Assembly: GCA_947085185.1 (NCBI GenBank) | Contig: CAMTVK010000002.1 | Location: 181,995-245,994, forward strand | Reading direction: 5' to 3' | DNA from: Candidatus Fraserbacteria bacterium | Lineage (GTDB): Bacteria > Bipolaricaulota > Bipolaricaulia > RBG-16-55-9 > DRXL01 | Length of the DNA stretch: 64,000 nt | Shown: positions 59,311 to 64,000 of the stretch, in pieces | Layout: each line of letters opens with the position of its first letter | Numbering within the stretch: position 1 is the stretch's first letter | Made by a program: the position numbers and the translations under genes | The notes under the pieces: model-generated | Database searches by the model: none | What the model saw: only the letters and a program-made list of their open reading frames with translations | Told to the model about the DNA's origin: nothing

Positions 59311-59673
59311 GTGAACTCGAATCGTCGAGGGACCTACGTGCTGGTGATCGAAGCGCACGGCGAGACAGAAATCGGGCGCTTGGGATGTCAGCGCTTTGAT
59401 GGAATATATCTGTATGTGGGCTCGGCACTGGGGCCTGGCGGCTTCAAAAGAGTCGAGCGCCATCGCGCCGTTGCCCAGGGGCGCAACAAAACTCGACGTT
59501 GGCATGTTGACTATCTGCTTGCATTGGGAAGCTTGCGCGAAGTCTTCGTCATTGAGACTTCTCAAAAGCTTGAGTGTACGATAGCTCAAGCGCTGGCGCG
59601 CGTGGCCCAGCCAGCAGTGAGAGGGTTCGGATCGAGCGACTGTCGTTGCTTTACTCACTTATTTCGTCTATGA
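59311..59673 (+). CDS. DUF123 / GIY-YIG (Uri) family protein
   Basis: GTYVL, YLYVGSA, RWHVDYL, GFGSSDCRC. Confidence 0.88.
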   Translation: MNSNRRGTYVLVIEAHGETEIGRLGCQRFDGIYLYVGSALGPGGFKRVERHRAVAQGRNKTRRWHVDYLLALGSLREVFVIETSQKLECTIAQALARVAQPAVRGFGSSDCRCFTHLFRL

Positions 59674-60113
59674 ATGTGCTCGTCATCGGCGTGGGAAATC
59701 TGTATCGTCACGATGATGCTGTGGGGCTGCTCGTCGCTCGTGCGCTGCGCGCAAAGAATCTCGATCACGTTGAGATTTTAGAGATGAGCGGCGAAGGTGC
59801 TGCCCTCATTGAGGCCTGGCGGGATGCAGAGCGTGTGATCGTGGTAGATGCTGTTTGCTCTGGCGCGCCGCCGGGGACGATCTTCTGTTTTGAGGCCCAT
59901 CGGGATCCGATCCCCACGAATCTTTTCCGCTGCTCAACGCATACGTTTGGTGTCGCCGAAGCGATTGAAGTAGCACGCACGCTCGGCCAACTCCCCAAAG
60001 AGTTGATAGTTTACGCGATTGAGGGGAAAGATTTCAGCGTGGGCGAGGGGCTCTCCTTAGAAGTTCACCAAGCAACTTCTAAAGTCGTGGAGACCCTCAT
60101 CGAAGAGCTTTGA
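59670..60113 (+). CDS. Hydrogenase maturation endopeptidase
   Basis: GVGNLYRHDDAVG, VVDAV, STH. Confidence 0.92.
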   Translation: MNVLVIGVGNLYRHDDAVGLLVARALRAKNLDHVEILEMSGEGAALIEAWRDAERVIVVDAVCSGAPPGTIFCFEAHRDPIPTNLFRCSTHTFGVAEAIEVARTLGQLPKELIVYAIEGKDFSVGEGLSLEVHQATSKVVETLIEEL

Positions 60114-60167
60114 GAGCGCTCTTGGGATCTTTCTGATCAAGCGCACCTTATGCCATGATGCAGATCA

Positions 60168-60221
60168 TTGCATTCCGCTGCGCAGGAGAATATCCTTGAA
60201 CGAGGACAAAAAGAGTCCTCG
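60168..60221 (+). promoter_or_regulatory. Rrf2-feo promoter with palindromic operator
   Basis: TTGCAT-17-TATCCT followed by CGAGGAC-N7-GTCCTCG at 60201-60221. Confidence 0.6.
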
Positions 60222-60227
60222 ATCGCT

Positions 60228-60635
60228 ATGATCCTCACGCGGCGGAGCGACTACGGCCTGCAAGCAGTCTTCGCCTTGGTCCGAAGTTCTGAAATACTCT
60301 CGGCCAAGCAGATCGCTCAAGAGCATAATCTTCCTGTAGCGTTCGTGAAAAAGCTGCTCCAGAGACTTTGCCGCGCGGGCTTGGTGAAAGCAACCATAGG
60401 GAAGCAGGGGGGCTATGCGCTCGCTCGACCTCCTGAAAAGATCTCGATTCGAGAGCTTCTTCAGGCGCTCGAAGGGGATCTAGCGCCGGTCTCGTGTCTG
60501 GTGCCCCATCACGCATGCGACTTGGCCGACGATTGCACCACTCGCCGCATCTGGACACACATAGACCAGAAGATCCAAGGAGCGCTCGAGTCCATATCAC
60601 TCCGGGATCTCCTGGACGCTCAGAGCTCACTATGA
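60228..60635 (+). CDS. Rrf2 family regulator with three Cys (IscR-like)
   Basis: SDYGL, GKQGGYALAR, C-x6-C-x5-C. Confidence 0.9.
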   Translation: MILTRRSDYGLQAVFALVRSSEILSAKQIAQEHNLPVAFVKKLLQRLCRAGLVKATIGKQGGYALARPPEKISIRELLQALEGDLAPVSCLVPHHACDLADDCTTRRIWTHIDQKIQGALESISLRDLLDAQSSL

Positions 60636-62419
60636 CAAGGTGTCATGGCGCAAAGCAGACAAAGACACAACAGCCATGCACAGGCACGGTCGTCTTAGTC
60701 GGAGCGCCAAACGTCGGCAAGAGCTTGCTCTTCCATCGCTTGACCGGCGCATACACGACAGTCTCCAATTATCCCGGCACAACAGTCGAGATCGCACAAG
60801 GGCAACTCAGGATTCAGCGCGATCTCTACGAAGTGCTTGACACTCCGGGGATACGCTCACTGCTGCCCCTCACCGAAGAAGAAGCGATCACAAAAGATAT
60901 TCTGCTGCGGGATGACGTTGCTCTGATCGTTCACGTCGCCGACGCCAAAGACGTAGAGCGCTCGCTCGCTCTCACTTTGCAATTGAGAGAGCTTGGCCCG
61001 CCGGTGGTGCTCGCACTCAACATGATAGACGAAGCTCAAAGCTTGGAGCTTGAGATAGATCGTCACGCTCTTCAAGGGAGACTGCAAATCCCTGTCGTGC
61101 TCACAAGTGCCCTCGACGGTCGTGGGATTGCGGAGCTCCGGCAAGTCATCGGAGAAGCACTCTTGCTCCCGACAAACTCGCGTCACGTCCGTGAGTTCTC
61201 TCTGGACGAGATTCTCGAGTTTTATCGGAGTGCTCGCGCGCTCGCTGCTGAAGTGATGCGCTCTGCTCAGAGGCCGAGGCGCTCTCTCACCGAGCGCTTG
61301 AGCCAGCTTACGGTTCATCCCCTCACGGGTGGGGTGTTGCTCGCGCTGGTGCTGTGGGGGCTCTATGAGTTTGTGGGCGTCTTCGGAGCGCAGATGGCCG
61401 TTGCGTTTCTCGAAAACACTCTCTTTGGGCAGTATATCAATCCGTGGGTCACCCAGATCGTTCAGACGGTACTGCCCTGGGCTCCCGTGCAAGAGCTGTT
61501 GATCGGCGAGTATGGGGTCATCACGCTGGGGTTGCGCTATGCGATTGCTATTATCTTGCCCATTGTGACCACGTTCTTTCTTGCGTTTGCGCTCATTGAA
61601 GACTCTGGGTATCTGCCCCGCTTGGCGATGCTCCTTGATCGTCTCTTTAAGGTAATTGGGCTGAGCGGCCGCGCCGTCATCCCCATAGTTTTGGGCTTTG
61701 GCTGCGACACTATGGCGACGGTAGTAACGAGGACGCTGGAGACGCGCCGCGAGAGGCTCATCGCGACGTTCTTGTTAGCACTAGCGATCCCGTGCTCAGC
61801 GCAGCTTGGGGTTATTTTGGGGCTACTCGCTGGGCACTCGCTCGCCGTGGGGATTTGGGCTGGGGTCATCGCTCTGAATTTTCTTGTCGTGGGCTATCTG
61901 ACAGCAAAACTCTTGCCAGGGGAGCGCTCGCTCTTCTCTCTCGAGATTCCCCCGCTGCGCTGGCCCTCGCTCAGTAATGTGTTCGTCAAAACGTATACGC
62001 GTGTCCATTGGTATCTCAAAGAGATTTTGCCGTTCTTTTTGATCGCGAGCGTCGTCATTTGGCTGGGGCAGATCACCGGGGTTTTCGGGATTCTCGTGAA
62101 CGCGTTAGCCGTGATCGTCCAAGCGATTGGGCTTTCTAGAGAGACGGCCGTGGCGTTTCTGTTCGGGTTCTTCCGGCGCGACTACGGCGCTGCTGGGCTG
62201 TATGATCTGCACAACGCCGGCGCACTGAGTGGCGTCTCTTTAGTAGTCGCAGCGGTGACGCTGACGCTCTTTGTGCCGTGCGTGGCGCAGTTTATGATCA
62301 CCGCCAAAGAGCGCGGCTGGAAGACGGCTGTCGCGATGGCGCTCTTTATATTCCCTTATGCGTTCTTTGTCGGCTGGCTTGTGAATCTCGTCTTGACGAC
62401 GCTCGGGGTGCGGCTATGA
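60632..62419 (+). CDS. feoB: Ferrous iron transporter B
   Basis: GAPNVGKS, NYPGTTVE, DTPG, NMID, EDSGYLPR, GFGC, IPCSAQ. Confidence 0.95.
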   Translation: MTRCHGAKQTKTQQPCTGTVVLVGAPNVGKSLLFHRLTGAYTTVSNYPGTTVEIAQGQLRIQRDLYEVLDTPGIRSLLPLTEEEAITKDILLRDDVALIVHVADAKDVERSLALTLQLRELGPPVVLALNMIDEAQSLELEIDRHALQGRLQIPVVLTSALDGRGIAELRQVIGEALLLPTNSRHVREFSLDEILEFYRSARALAAEVMRSAQRPRRSLTERLSQLTVHPLTGGVLLALVLWGLYEFVGVFGAQMAVAFLENTLFGQYINPWVTQIVQTVLPWAPVQELLIGEYGVITLGLRYAIAIILPIVTTFFLAFALIEDSGYLPRLAMLLDRLFKVIGLSGRAVIPIVLGFGCDTMATVVTRTLETRRERLIATFLLALAIPCSAQLGVILGLLAGHSLAVGIWAGVIALNFLVVGYLTAKLLPGERSLFSLEIPPLRWPSLSNVFVKTYTRVHWYLKEILPFFLIASVVIWLGQITGVFGILVNALAVIVQAIGLSRETAVAFLFGFFRRDYGAAGLYDLHNAGALSGVSLVVAAVTLTLFVPCVAQFMITAKERGWKTAVAMALFIFPYAFFVGWLVNLVLTTLGVRL

Positions 62420-62850
62420 AGTGCGCGCTGTGTGGGTATGAGTTCACAGAACCAGAGGCGAGGCGCCCATGCGCACACTGTCCCCTAGGGGCAAACTGCG
62501 CTCTTATCTGCTGCCCAAACTGTGGCTATCAAGCTCCCAGAGAACCCAAATGGCTCAGTCGTTGGCGCTCGTGGTGGCGGCGCCGTAACGGAGCTGGGAC
62601 GTTGGCGTCTTTGCAGCCTGGGATAGAGACGGAGATCATCGCGGTGCGCCCGCGCGACCAGAGAACTGTGCAGAGGTTAGTCACGCTGGGGCTGCTGCCT
62701 GGTGTGCGCATACGCTTACTGAGAAGATTCCCGTGCTATCTGATAGAATTGGGGCACGCCCAGATCGCGCTCGATCGCGAGTTGGCAGAGGCGATCCTTG
62801 TGCGCTCTCATGATGAACATGAAGAGCGTCTATCACCTGAAGCTTACTGA
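62416..62850 (+). CDS. feoA: FeoA with N-terminal Cys-rich domain
   Basis: CALC..CAHC..C..CCPNCGY followed by RLVTLGLLPG..IALDRELA. Confidence 0.82.
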   Translation: MKCALCGYEFTEPEARRPCAHCPLGANCALICCPNCGYQAPREPKWLSRWRSWWRRRNGAGTLASLQPGIETEIIAVRPRDQRTVQRLVTLGLLPGVRIRLLRRFPCYLIELGHAQIALDRELAEAILVRSHDEHEERLSPEAY

Positions 62851-62914
62851 CGAGCAGATCGCATTGTGGTTGCCGCAGGCTGTGTCGCAGGGGTAGCGGC
62901 GCAGCGCAAAGTGC

Positions 62915-63190
62915 TTAGGGATTGACCCGTCCCAAGATATGAAAAGCTGCGCTTATAAGAACAAGTACTGCCACCATCAAGAGTGCAAAGAAATGAAATG
63001 TCAGCTCCTGTTGCGCATAGGCAGCGACAACTAAAACGATGATTCCAAGAGCTGCCAGACTCAGGCTTCCAACTGAGAGCCACAACCGTTTCATAAGGCC
63101 AGCTTGGAGCAGACGGACCATAGTGCTAGCGATCACACATATGGTCCCTAACCCAACCAGCAGTAAAGCAACCAAGCTAAGCAGCTTCAT
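62915..63190 (-). CDS. Small 3-TM membrane protein (candidate immunity protein)
   Basis: 91 aa, three hydrophobic helices, 12 nt after the Cys-rich gene. Confidence 0.6.
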   Translation of the reverse strand: MKLLSLVALLLVGLGTICVIASTMVRLLQAGLMKRLWLSVGSLSLAALGIIVLVVAAYAQQELTFHFFALLMVAVLVLISAAFHILGRVNP

Positions 63191-63202
63191 TCACGCTAAG
63201 TA

Positions 63203-63772
63203 TTAGCCGGCACATGCAGCTGCTGTTAAGGCAGCTGCTCCTACAGTAGCAAGAATACCACCTGCACACCCTAGACAGTCTGGTAGGTTAGGGTTACCTA
63301 CACATCCCACACAAGCACCAACAGTGGCGACTGCTGTACCAACTGTTACCGCAATCGAACCCGCGCATGCCAGAAATTTCAATATACCTAACGGGACTAT
63401 TGCGCTCGATGCTGGGAGTGATTCAGCCATCTTTAATTGGGCGATGATGTTGTTCATTATATGGGTCAGATTCAAGCTGGAAGTGGAAGCTCTTAGTAAT
63501 AGCTCGTCCCGGGCTCTCTGACACAAATCACGAACTTTTTGAATCTCGTCTTCTGTTACGTCTGCACCTCTCAGATAGTCGATGACCTCAGGGTAGAGCC
63601 CTGAATAAGCTTGTAAGGCAGCGTAGGCATTTTCTTCCAGCGCAGCGGTCAGGCCGATGCTGTTATAATGGGCGAAGACTCGTTCCACAATCTTGCAAGT
63701 TTGCAAGATCGCCGTGCGTGCTGTCTCCTTTCTTTCCCCTTTCCTTTTGTAAGTTTTCAAGATCGCTTTCAT
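63203..63772 (-). CDS. Hypothetical precursor-like protein with six-Cys hydrophobic C-terminus
   Basis: C-terminal ~55 aa Gly/Ala/Val-rich with C-x17-C-x2-C-x8-C-x2-C-x17-C. Confidence 0.65.
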   Translation of the reverse strand: MKAILKTYKRKGERKETARTAILQTCKIVERVFAHYNSIGLTAALEENAYAALQAYSGLYPEVIDYLRGADVTEDEIQKVRDLCQRARDELLLRASTSSLNLTHIMNNIIAQLKMAESLPASSAIVPLGILKFLACAGSIAVTVGTAVATVGACVGCVGNPNLPDCLGCAGGILATVGAAALTAAACAG

Positions 63773-63891
63773 TTCGTCCGCGGCTTTTCTTAAGAGCTTT
63801 ATATTGAGCCTTGCGAAGGCTTGGGCAAGCCGATCTTATACTGGTGCCCTTCCCCACTCCCCCTATCCGTCAATTTTGAGATAACTTCTTG

Positions 63892-64000
63892 TCAACCTTT
63901 CACTTGCCCAAGACTGATCAACAGCATCCAGAAAAAGCTAGTAACTAAAACAGGGAGCGATATTAACCCAATCGCCAGGAGCCTTCCTTGAGTCCCCTCA
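63892..64000 (-). CDS. 3' end of a hydrophobic ORF entering from beyond the window
   Basis: Manual translation ..RLLAIGLISLPVLVTSFFWMLLISLGQVKG*. Confidence 0.4.
   Translation of the reverse strand, partial: EGTQGRLLAIGLISLPVLVTSFFWMLLISLGQVKG

Overview
A 64-kb, gene-dense bacterial chromosome segment. The gene style suggests an anaerobic, possibly thermophilic lineage such as Bipolaricaulota/Acetothermia; this is inference only. Housekeeping and metabolic content: an isobutyryl-CoA-mutase-type B12 mutase pair, clpC-radA-disA-PNP, tricorn protease, a deacetylase/GT2/GH113-like polysaccharide operon, a polar amino acid ABC transporter, acnA, an MsrB-MsrA fusion, leuS, hutI, rsmH, yggS, pepA, a group 3b [NiFe] hydrogenase operon with a separate maturation protease, and Rrf2-feoB-feoA. 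Accessory content: a defence island directly after acnA (nuclease-methylase fusion, S subunit, HNH, AlbA_2/ATPase, RAYT transposase), a lone nuclease-DGQHR gene, toxin-antitoxin modules, and a cluster of internally deleted gene remnants at 56.3-58.8 kb. Most notable observations: (1) a RAYT/REP system whose GTAG palindromes lie in-frame inside radA, PNP and the RAYT itself, plus a ~60-bp inverted copy of RAYT-internal DNA; (2) cassette-like cargo genes each preceded by an identical 45-bp stop/RBS/ATG unit resembling a restriction-modification gene tail; (3) a probably leaderless Leu-rich uORF with hairpin upstream of leuS; (4) a precursor-like protein ending in a perfectly symmetric six-Cys hydrophobic hairpin beside a small membrane protein; (5) a DisA with altered DGA/RHR motifs. 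No rRNA, tRNA or credible CRISPR array was seen. All family calls come from motif recognition by eye, not database searches.
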